The translations under genes were made by a program, and so were the position numbers. This document shows positions 8,098-15,225 of a DNA stretch of 64,000 bases, piece after piece (the stretch's first letter is position 1; each line of letters opens with the position of its first letter). This DNA comes from a virus: the IMG/VR virus record IMGVR_UViG_3300044726_000156; one strand, written 5' to 3'. Below the pieces are notes generated by a model. The model saw only the letters and a program-made list of their open reading frames with translations. It searched no databases and was not told the origin of the DNA.

Positions 8098-8276
8098 CGG
8101 TTGTGCCTGTGGTAAACACGGTTATAGCCGGCGAGCGGCGCATCCTGGTCGTTGCGGACCTCGTCGATCAAGCGTTGGAGAGCGACCGAATGCAACGGCA
8201 CGTCCACAGTTGGTGGCAGTGGGGTTGGTGGTTCCTGATCGGATTTCGGATCAGGCCGCGGTAAGTCATATCGCAA
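8094..8276 (-). CDS. YhhA-like cyclophane (triceptide) RiPP precursor peptide (60 aa)
   Basis: TTG start with GGAGG 6 nt upstream; leader S-x-ALQRLIDEVR and C-terminal core YNRVYHRHNR-stop. Confidence 0.72.
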   Translation of the reverse strand: MRYDLPRPDPKSDQEPPTPLPPTVDVPLHSVALQRLIDEVRNDQDAPLAGYNRVYHRHNR

Positions 8277-8294
8277 CGACGGCCTCCATCCAGA

Positions 8295-8381
8295 TCAAAT
8301 CATCCCTGCCCACAGCAGGAGCACCAGCAGCATGACGAAGACGATCAGCGCCTTGCCGATCAGCTCCTCGCGCGGACTCAC
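8295..8381 (-). CDS. 28-aa single-pass membrane peptide MSPREELIGKALIVFVMLLVLLLWAGMI
   Basis: GTG overlaps the previous stop (GTGA); the stop precedes the RBS of the next gene. Confidence 0.55.
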   Translation of the reverse strand: MSPREELIGKALIVFVMLLVLLLWAGMI

Positions 8382-9349
8382 GATCGCCGCACCGGCGCGG
8401 GCCGCGACACGGTGACGGGCACGACATCCTGGTCAGGCGTGTCGTCCTGCACCGCCGGGTAGACGATGAAATCGATCCAGCCGACCGTCGGCGAGACGAT
8501 CTGAACGGTCCATGTGGTGGCCCCGAGCGCGATGTTGTCGCCCTGGATGATCAGGTCCAGCACCGCGGACTGGTCGACCGCCGCATAGTCGACGCGCGAC
8601 ATGCGCAATGTGTCGACCGACAGGTTCGGATGCACGATCTGGCCGTTGGCCGGCTCCCATGGCGGCTCGCTGCCCGGCTTGTAGTATTGCCACTCGGCGG
8701 TGGTGGTCGGCAGCGGCGGCGGCGGCGTCGGCGGTTCGACCGGGATCTCCGCTGCTGGGGTGATGGAAACGACGACCAGCCCCTCGACGGCAGCCTGATC
8801 GGCTGGCGTGATGAGGAAGTCGAACCAGCGATCGCCCTCGACGAGACTGTGGTAGGCCGCAGCGTTGACCGTCCACAGCACCTCGTCGATCGCAATGAAA
8901 TCGCCGGGCTTGACCAGCTCGAGCGTGGCGGTCTGGTCGAGTTCGGCGGCGTCGATGCAGTTCACCGATATCTGCGACAACGTCAGATTGCCATGCACGA
9001 TCTCGCCGGGTGCGGGGATGCCGCCATCCGGCTTGGTGTAGTTCCACGGCGCCGCGGTCGCCTGCAGCCGCGGCGGCTCGGGCGTGATGACCGGCGGCGG
9101 CAACTCGTCGCCGGCGGTGCCGGTGATGATCTGCAGCACCGGCGGGTTGTTGACGATCAGCTCGTAGGCGTCGGCCAGCGGCGCGCTGATCAGCATGAGG
9201 TAGCTTTGCAGCGCCGGACGGTCGACGACGCCGGTGATCACAATCTCGGTCATCGACGGCGAATCGAGCGTGGTCATCGCCTCGATCGGCTCCGAGAATG
9301 GTGCGATCGGAGCGTCGTCAACGAGGATGGCGATGATCTTTATGGCCAT
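8378..9349 (-). CDS. Hypothetical protein with two ~100-aa tandem beta-rich modules resembling tail-fibre shaft domains
   Basis: Both modules carry W.Y.KP...P..G.IVH.NL....D.A..DQ.A.L.L...GD.IA....WTV and are joined by Pro-rich linkers. Confidence 0.7.
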   Translation of the reverse strand: MAIKIIAILVDDAPIAPFSEPIEAMTTLDSPSMTEIVITGVVDRPALQSYLMLISAPLADAYELIVNNPPVLQIITGTAGDELPPPVITPEPPRLQATAAPWNYTKPDGGIPAPGEIVHGNLTLSQISVNCIDAAELDQTATLELVKPGDFIAIDEVLWTVNAAAYHSLVEGDRWFDFLITPADQAAVEGLVVVSITPAAEIPVEPPTPPPPLPTTTAEWQYYKPGSEPPWEPANGQIVHPNLSVDTLRMSRVDYAAVDQSAVLDLIIQGDNIALGATTWTVQIVSPTVGWIDFIVYPAVQDDTPDQDVVPVTVSRPAPVRRS

Positions 9350-9399
9350 GTCACGTCCCTTGTGCGAAGCAATGTGCTCTCATGCACATGGAGGCGATA

Positions 9400-10137
9400 T
9401 TGACACTGACCGCGGCGCTTGGCGAGATCGCCGAAAAATTCCTGCCGTCCCGCCACACCATCACGTTCACATGCCCGCCGCATCTGCTCGGCGTCGTCAC
9501 GCCGCCGCGCCCGGCCGGCGACGTGCTGCCGGAATGGTACAGGAAGATGCCGGCGGTCGACCCGGAGATCGTGTCGATCGAAAGCACTGGCGTCACCCTC
9601 AAACGCTGCATGCCGTTCCTCGACGCGCTCAACGCCGGCTGGATCCTGTCGCTGCCCGCCGAGGTGCATTTCGAGATCAGCGACGACGGCCAGACCGTCC
9701 GTGACAAGCACAACATGCCGTTCAACCTGGTCGAGAGCCACGTCGGCTACCAGACCAAGGGATCGCACTGGGGCGAGACGCCGCCGCTGAAATTCATCAA
9801 CCCGTGGACCATCACGACGCCGGCGGGCTGGTCGACCTTGTTCGTGCCGCTGCTCAATCGCGAGCGCGAATATTTCGAAGTGGCGTCCGGCCTGGTCGAC
9901 ACCGACCGCTACCCGCACCCCGTCAACTTCCCGTTCTTCATGCTGCCCGCGGCGCGCGGCAAGCTGTTCGCGCTGAAGAAAGGCACGCCTCTGGTGCAGA
10001 TGATCCCGGTCAGGCGCGACAGCTTCCGCGCCGACATCCGCAGCGCGACGGCGGACGAGATGCTGGCGGCCGATCGGACGTCGCTGAAGATGAGCGCCGA
10101 GCCGTCCTGGTACAGGAAGCGCGTGCGGCAACGCTGA
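9400..10137 (+). CDS. dUTPase-fold-like (DUF6065-related) hypothetical protein, antisense to the late operon
   Basis: Motifs PEWYRKMP, T.KRCMPFLDAL..GW, KFINPWTITTP.GWS.LF, SGLVDTD.Y...VNFPF and KKGTPLVQMIP..R. TTG at 9400 has a GGAGG RBS; the ORF track starts at 9382. Confidence 0.75.
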   Translation: MTLTAALGEIAEKFLPSRHTITFTCPPHLLGVVTPPRPAGDVLPEWYRKMPAVDPEIVSIESTGVTLKRCMPFLDALNAGWILSLPAEVHFEISDDGQTVRDKHNMPFNLVESHVGYQTKGSHWGETPPLKFINPWTITTPAGWSTLFVPLLNREREYFEVASGLVDTDRYPHPVNFPFFMLPAARGKLFALKKGTPLVQMIPVRRDSFRADIRSATADEMLAADRTSLKMSAEPSWYRKRVRQR

Positions 10138-10139
10138 CA

Positions 10140-10379
10140 TCACTGCACGGTGCCGCCGTCGGCGGCGGCCAGCGTCTCGGCCTCGACGATCGACAGCATC
10201 AGGTTGAGGCCAAGCTCGGTGCTTTCCGAACACGACCAGCTCAGCTCGCCGGTCTTCGGCTCGGCGATGATGACGATGAAGGTGAGGCCGTCGAACTGCA
10301 CCGGATTGGCGGCGTTGGCCATGTCGATGCCACGCACCAGATGGTCCATGACGAGGTCGGTGCGGCCGTTGGGCATCAT
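10140..10379 (-). CDS. Hypothetical protein (79 aa)
   Basis: ATG overlaps the stop of the upstream gene; GAGG RBS. Confidence 0.65.
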   Translation of the reverse strand: MMPNGRTDLVMDHLVRGIDMANAANPVQFDGLTFIVIIAEPKTGELSWSCSESTELGLNLMLSIVEAETLAAADGGTVQ

Positions 10380-10570
10380 GTCGCCTCGCGGCCGCGCAGC
10401 AGATACACCAGCTCGACGGCGAGGGCGCCGCGGGTTCGGATCAGCTCGTCCTTGAGATCGGCGTCCCACGCCCCTGCAGCGTCGCTGCGGCGGACGCGGT
10501 CGCAGGCTTGCAGCCATTCCTCGGCGGCCATCAGCACGTTGAGGGCGTTGGCGAGGTCAGCCGGGATCAT
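10376..10570 (-). CDS. Hypothetical protein (64 aa)
   Basis: ATGA overlap with the terL stop. Confidence 0.65.
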   Translation of the reverse strand: MIPADLANALNVLMAAEEWLQACDRVRRSDAAGAWDADLKDELIRTRGALAVELVYLLRGREAT

Positions 10571-12126
10571 GCTGCCAGCCCCGACTTGTTCTTGCGCGGC
10601 GTCCAGCGGCCGGCGCCGGCGCCGAACCGGAGGTGGCGGATCTGCGCATGCTGGCGGATCGCATCAGCCGCGTGCTGGTGGCCGTTCTTGGCGACCAGCG
10701 GCATCCACACGCCCATCCGTTCGTTCCACTGCTTGGAGAACCCGTCGAGATGCCGGATCCCTAGCGCGCACTTCTCCTGGTCGATCCAATACGTTCCGAA
10801 CGCTTCGCGCAGTTGATCGATCGCATCAGGGACGTGAGGTGTTCGCTGGACCGTTTCGACGTTGGTGACACCCAGATCCCGTAGCAGGTCGACGTAAGTC
10901 TTGAGGTGCTCCGCACCAGGACGACGTTGATTGGCGTCGTGTGGAAGATAATGCCAGCCGTAGACATAGGGGCGCTCCCGCATTTCTCGCACATAATAGC
11001 TCGGCGGCTCCGACGCCGCCTCGGTGTAGTCGATGAAGTACTGGTTGGGTCCGAAATCCTGGTGGAACCAGATCGCCGTGTCGTCGCCGGTGCCGATGTC
11101 CCAAAACGTGTTGACCGGACGGCCCGGGTCGTAGGGAACCTTGGTGATGCGGCGCTCGACGCGGGCGCGCGCCAGCTGCGCGGAAAGCCACAGGCCGTCG
11201 GCCGAGACCGTGAACGCCTCCTCCAGCGTCGACGGATATTGCGAGAACATCTTCTCCTGGTCGTCGCCGAACAAATTGCGCCGCGTGAGCACGTACCAGG
11301 CGCGCTTGGCGGGGCTGATGTCGCGGCGGATCTCGCCTTCCAGCCGGTAGAAGTAGGCGATGTCGTTGCTGTCGAGGAAGGCGGCTTTGGGATCGGCTTC
11401 GTATTCCGGTGCGTCCCACCAGCTGGCGAAGTGCAGCTTCCACTCGAGCGTGCTCGGCGCCCTGTCCTCCTGCTGCGTCTTCTGGGCATTGCGCACCATG
11501 TCGGCGAAGATGCCGTAGGGCGTCTCCATGGTGCTCTCGATGCAGATCACGCCGTGCTGGTCGACCGACGGCAAAGATCCTGTCTGGATTTCAGTGGCGC
11601 GGTCCGGGTAGCGTTGGCAGATGCGGCCGTACTCGGAGACGTGCAGATACTGCAGCGTGGTGCCGCGGGTGCTGGTCGCGACGATCAGGGAGCTGTCGGT
11701 ATTGAAGGCCAGCTCGGTCTTGGTCAGGTACTTCAGCCCGACCATTTCCTTGACCAGCTTCGGAAGGTTGTCCCAGGCGAAGCGCACCTTCTGCTCAAAG
11801 ATCACCCGGGCGGTGTCCTCGTCCTGCGCGATGATCGCGGCCTGCGTGTTCGGCTGAAAAAGGCACGCATCCAGCATCATCAGCTGGATGACGGTGGAGA
11901 AGCCGCGCTGCCGCGCCTTCGGAATGAGGTTGCGATAGTGGATGGCGCGCAGGAACCGCTGCTGCTCCGGCCACGGCTTGAAGGTCACCACCTTGCCGCG
12001 CTTGTCGGTGATCTTGTAGAGGTTGCTCAGCCTCCACCCCGCGTCGCCGATCGCCGCCTGCATCTCGTCGGGCGTCAGCGCCTCGAACGGCTTGTTGTAA
12101 TAGCTGGGGATCTCCATGCGGCTCAT
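10567..12126 (-). CDS. terL: Terminase large subunit
   Basis: Walker A-type KARQRGFST, LHVSEYG (Walker B), ESTM coupling motif and nuclease FWDIGTGDDTAIW...H.ADA; start MSRMEIP. Confidence 0.95.
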   Translation of the reverse strand: MSRMEIPSYYNKPFEALTPDEMQAAIGDAGWRLSNLYKITDKRGKVVTFKPWPEQQRFLRAIHYRNLIPKARQRGFSTVIQLMMLDACLFQPNTQAAIIAQDEDTARVIFEQKVRFAWDNLPKLVKEMVGLKYLTKTELAFNTDSSLIVATSTRGTTLQYLHVSEYGRICQRYPDRATEIQTGSLPSVDQHGVICIESTMETPYGIFADMVRNAQKTQQEDRAPSTLEWKLHFASWWDAPEYEADPKAAFLDSNDIAYFYRLEGEIRRDISPAKRAWYVLTRRNLFGDDQEKMFSQYPSTLEEAFTVSADGLWLSAQLARARVERRITKVPYDPGRPVNTFWDIGTGDDTAIWFHQDFGPNQYFIDYTEAASEPPSYYVREMRERPYVYGWHYLPHDANQRRPGAEHLKTYVDLLRDLGVTNVETVQRTPHVPDAIDQLREAFGTYWIDQEKCALGIRHLDGFSKQWNERMGVWMPLVAKNGHQHAADAIRQHAQIRHLRFGAGAGRWTPRKNKSGLAA

Positions 12127-12323
12127 GGCAGGTCCCACATCTCGACGGCCAGCGCGGCGGCGACCTTCACCTTCAGATACGCATCGTGCTCGGCCTGCCA
12201 GTAATGGTCCGGCAATCCGGTCTTGGTGGCGGCCGCGTAGTTGACCGCGTCGATCATCCTGGCCTTCTCGGCGGCCCACTCGCCGCGCAAACGGTTGAGC
12301 ACGGCGTCGGCGGCGGCGCTCAT
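12123..12323 (-). CDS. Hypothetical protein (66 aa)
   Basis: ATGA overlaps on both sides. Confidence 0.65.
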   Translation of the reverse strand: MSAAADAVLNRLRGEWAAEKARMIDAVNYAAATKTGLPDHYWQAEHDAYLKVKVAAALAVEMWDLP

Positions 12324-12490
12324 GGCAGCACGCAGGCGACGACGGCGGAATAAGCGCGCCGATCGGCGGCCACGGCCTCGCGGATCCGCTTGGCGGCGAC
12401 GACGCAAACCGCCTCACTGCGGAACGTCGAGATGGTGTGGATGGCCGGCAGGTCGCCGCCGAGCACGATGATGACGAGGACCCAGCTCAA
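12320..12490 (-). CDS. Small secreted or membrane protein (56 aa, two Cys)
   Basis: TTG overlaps the upstream stop; reads MSWVLVIIVLGG...F.SE..C..A, a common phage small-protein pattern. Confidence 0.55.
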   Translation of the reverse strand: MSWVLVIIVLGGDLPAIHTISTFRSEAVCVVAAKRIREAVAADRRAYSAVVACVLP

Positions 12491-12624
12491 CCGAGCACCT
12501 GCGGGACGCCGGGCAGCATGATGTCGGTGACCTGGCGGGCGGCCCACCACGCCAGGCCCATCAACGCCACGACGACGGCGCCGACCGCCAGTCCGAACAA
12601 AAGATCGGCCTGCCGGCGGGTCAT
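12487..12624 (-). CDS. Single-pass membrane peptide (45 aa)
   Basis: MTRRQADLLFGLAVGAVVVALMGLAWW...; ATGA overlap. Confidence 0.6.
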   Translation of the reverse strand: MTRRQADLLFGLAVGAVVVALMGLAWWAARQVTDIMLPGVPQVLG

Positions 12625-12749
12625 CCGCACCTCTCGACGACCGCGGCGATGGTGTCGGCGATCGGCACGACGACGAGGAAAAACGCGCCGATGGTCATCG
12701 CCGCCGCGCCGATCCACACCATCACGTAGACCACCGTCAGCTGGCTCAT
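12621..12749 (-). CDS. Single-pass membrane peptide (42 aa)
   Basis: Not in the ORF track. MSQLTVVYVMVWIGAAAMTIGAFFLVVVPIADTIAAVVERCG, with ATGA overlaps on both sides. Confidence 0.6.
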   Translation of the reverse strand: MSQLTVVYVMVWIGAAAMTIGAFFLVVVPIADTIAAVVERCG

Positions 12750-13045
12750 TCGCGCGGCGGCTTGGTGACGGCCTTGACGCCGTGCATGGCGCCGGTCTCG
12801 AAGCAGGTCATGGCCTCGGCCTTCAGCCGGCGCACCTCACCTTCCGCCTTGTCATCGAAATCATTGATAAAATCGATCAGGTCCGCGGCGGCGCGCTTGA
12901 TCTTCTCGACGTTGGGGTCCTTGGAGGGGTTGAAACCGATGCCGACGCGATACTCTCCCAAAGTTGTCATTTTTCTCTCCCGATCGAAACTGTGGTCCAT
13001 GACATCGACGCCGTCGACCATGATGGCGTTGTAGTAGGTCTTCAC
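12746..13045 (-). CDS. Putative Acb2/Tad1-like helical-hairpin protein (candidate nucleotide-signal sponge)
   Basis: TLGEYRVGIGFNPS...V..IK..AA.LID...E..RL.A.A.T..E..AM..VKA.TKP. The probable start is ATG 12970 (GGAGAG RBS). Confidence 0.5.
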   Translation of the reverse strand: MKTYYNAIMVDGVDVMDHSFDRERKMTTLGEYRVGIGFNPSKDPNVEKIKRAAADLIDFINDFDDKAEGEVRRLKAEAMTCFETGAMHGVKAVTKPPRE

Positions 13046-13338
13046 AGCGGCTGCCAGCCGGTCAGCACGATGTCCTCGCAGACCCAGCGGACCTGCCGCG
13101 TGCGGCCCGGCCAGTCGTCGCCCGGGTCGTTATACTCGGGATGCACGTCGACGCTGGTCGCAACCGCCATGCTGTCGATCTCGGCCGCCATGTCCGGTGG
13201 GAAGACGGCATCGAATTCGATCTCGAGATGCATGCGCAAGGTGTCGCCGCGCTGGGCGGCATCGACGACGAGGTTCGGATTGCGGAGCGCAAAGTCGGCC
13301 CACGCGGTGCGGATCGTGTGCTCACGTTCAGTCGTCAT
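13042..13338 (-). CDS. Hypothetical protein (98 aa)
   Basis: ATGA overlap; GAGG RBS. Confidence 0.65.
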   Translation of the reverse strand: MTTEREHTIRTAWADFALRNPNLVVDAAQRGDTLRMHLEIEFDAVFPPDMAAEIDSMAVATSVDVHPEYNDPGDDWPGRTRQVRWVCEDIVLTGWQPL

Positions 13339-13493
13339 CCCCGTCGCCTCTCAACCGGCCCGTAATCGTGGACCTTGCCGCAGTCGTTGCAAGCATAGCC
13401 GATACACAGTGCCCCTCCCCGCCAGCCGCTGACGACGCGGCCGGGGCAGTGATGCAGGCGACAGCGCAGCCAACGCAGCAGGCGATGCAACAT
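13335..13493 (-). CDS. Small Cys/His (zinc-finger-like) protein (52 aa)
   Basis: GGAGAG RBS before MLHRLLRWLRCRLHHC...CIGYACNDCGKV. Confidence 0.55.
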   Translation of the reverse strand: MLHRLLRWLRCRLHHCPGRVVSGWRGGALCIGYACNDCGKVHDYGPVERRRG

Positions 13494-13605
13494 CCGATCT
13501 CTCCGCGTTGCGGGACGGCGATGCACGTCGAGGCATCACCGCCGTCCCGTCATCCCGGCTGGCATTGGAGGTGCGGTCACCGGGATGTGGCACTAGTAAC
13601 ATGAT

Positions 13606-13799
13606 GGGAGTCCCGTTCAATAGGGGTCCCGTTTGGTTTTTGGTGTTTTAAGCCTGGATGGGACCCATCGGATGGGACCCTTTTGCCAATAGGTCTTTTT
13701 TCCTGGCTGCTTTTTTCGGCTCAAACCACGTCTGTTCCCGACCGACTAAACAGAGGAATCCGTGCCGGGACTCCAAGTTCGCAGAAAGGGGCACCCCCC
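13606..13799. repeat. Cluster of GGG-N1-3-CCC palindromes with T-tracts (candidate packaging signal)
   Basis: GGGAGTCCC 13606, GGGGTCCC 13623, GATGGGACCCATC 13657, GGATGGGACCC x2 (13656, 13670), GGGACTCC 13767, GGGGCACCCCCC 13788; non-coding and downstream of terS. Confidence 0.6.
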
Positions 13800-13851
13800 G
13801 GCCGCCAGGCCGGGGCCGACGAACTAAGCGTGAGCGCAGCGAACACCGCGT

Positions 13852-13947
13852 GCGAGCGCAGCGAGCGCGAGCGCAGCGAGCCAGCGAGCGAAGCGAGCAA
13901 AGGAACATGCGAGCGAAGCGAGCATTCCGCACGCGAGCGCAGCGAGC
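13852..13947. repeat. Five copies of the 15-mer GCGAGCG(C/A)AGCGAGC
   Basis: Copies start at 13852, 13867, 13884, 13909 and 13933, followed by three GCTGCGCCCC units up to about 14000. Confidence 0.85.
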
Positions 13948-14011
13948 GCCTTACGATCTACAGGTGGGGCTGCGCCCCTCGGTTGCGCTGCGCCCCTGCG
14001 CTGCGCCCCCT

Positions 14012-14701
14012 CTAGGTTGCATCGGGGTCGGGATCCTCACCGGATTCGTCGCGATAGTGGTCGATAACCTTGGCGTCGGCGCCGTCGCGGGGCCGGATTA
14101 CGTTGCCTGCGATCTGCTTAAACAGTTCTTGAAGCGGGCTATCGAGGCCGATTGTAACCTTATCGCTGAACGCATTTACTTTAATGTGCTTGCCCAATAG
14201 TTCCAGGCGTCGGGCGCGGTCGACGAGCACGACGTCCACTTGCTCGCCTATCTCGGTGGCGCGGTTCTCGCCGCGACCGTAAAGCGTGGTCGTGCGGATG
14301 GTCGAGACTAGCCCGCGCCGCCATACCTCGGGCCAGGATCTCACCGGCAGCAGGCGCCCGGAAACCGGGTCGTAAAGATCCGCCGCGTCGGCGTTCACCT
14401 CCTCCAGCAGGCGCCGCAAAACGAAGTCGGAATCCACCTCGGTGCGGGCGCGGCGCTCGGCTTGCCGCTCTGCTACACGGGCCTGAACTCTAGAATCTGT
14501 GAGCAGGGCGGAACCCTGTCGGCTGGCATATGCTGGCGCATAGCCTGCCCTCCGGGCTGCGGCTCCGGCGTTCAAGTCGGTGAGATACTCGGACACAAAC
14601 CGCTCTTGCAGCGGGGTCAATGGTCGGGCGGGGTCGCTGGGGCGCCTAGCAGCCGCGCCAGCGCGCGTCGTGGCCTTGGGTGGGGGAATATGCCGGTTCA
14701 T
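14012..14701 (-). CDS. terS: Terminase small subunit
   Basis: LTPLQERFVSEYL.DLNA.AAARRAGY...A...GS.LL...RV (Terminase_2 HTH) and C-terminal R..LELLGKH...F; GGAGAG RBS. Confidence 0.92.
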   Translation of the reverse strand: MNRHIPPPKATTRAGAAARRPSDPARPLTPLQERFVSEYLTDLNAGAAARRAGYAPAYASRQGSALLTDSRVQARVAERQAERRARTEVDSDFVLRRLLEEVNADAADLYDPVSGRLLPVRSWPEVWRRGLVSTIRTTTLYGRGENRATEIGEQVDVVLVDRARRLELLGKHIKVNAFSDKVTIGLDSPLQELFKQIAGNVIRPRDGADAKVIDHYRDESGEDPDPDAT

Positions 14702-14800
14702 GCTCTCCGCGCGTCCTGGGGGCCTTCCTGCGATCGCAATAGCACAAACGAAAGCGCCCGGCACGATGGCCGGGCGCTGGGGGTCGGATGCGGGCTTAGG

Positions 14801-15034
14801 TCAGTCGCGGTTCCAAGTGTGCTCGCCGCTGGCGTCGGTGGCCGTGTAAGCCGGTCCACCAACCTCGGCGGCGGCGCCGTCCACCGTGTCGCCGCCTTCC
14901 GTCCAGGCTATCGCCGGGTCGTCGCTACGCACCATGTCCTCGGCCGCCTCTACGGCGTCCTCGACGCTGTCGGCCTCGACCTCGATGGTCGCCACCTGTT
15001 CCACGTATCGCTGAACGCTGACGGTGATCCTCAT
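14801..15034 (-). CDS. Small acidic early protein (77 aa)
   Basis: Pattern TIEVEADSVEDAVE.A; ATGA overlap. Confidence 0.7.
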   Translation of the reverse strand: MRITVSVQRYVEQVATIEVEADSVEDAVEAAEDMVRSDDPAIAWTEGGDTVDGAAAEVGGPAYTATDASGEHTWNRD

Positions 15035-15225
15035 AGCAGTCCTGCCTTCCTGAACTCGGCAAGCTCGGCCACAAGCCGGTTGTGCTCGCCGACGAGGCCG
15101 GCCGCTGCCTGCTGGGTCAGCTGCGGCGGACAAACCGTATAGCCTTCCGCCGTTACGATCGCCGCGCGTCGCCGGTCGGTGCTCCATGCCCACTGCCAGC
15201 GTGGGTCGTCCTGGTGGCTGCTCAT
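15031..15225 (-). CDS. Hypothetical early protein (64 aa)
   Basis: CAGGAG RBS; ATGA overlaps. Confidence 0.65.
   Translation of the reverse strand: MSSHQDDPRWQWAWSTDRRRAAIVTAEGYTVCPPQLTQQAAAGLVGEHNRLVAELAEFRKAGLL

Noticed and set aside
13852-13947. 15-mer array as a mini-CRISPR
   Set aside because: Spacers are only 0-10 nt and irregular, the repeat is too short, and there are no cas genes. The DUF2800 Cas4-like protein is a standard replication-module exonuclease.
13351-14200. ORF-track ORFs across the repeat island (13351-13620, 13648-13932, 13658-14200, 13683-14015)
   Set aside because: Their translations are artefacts of the repeats, lack an RBS and have no typical codon usage.
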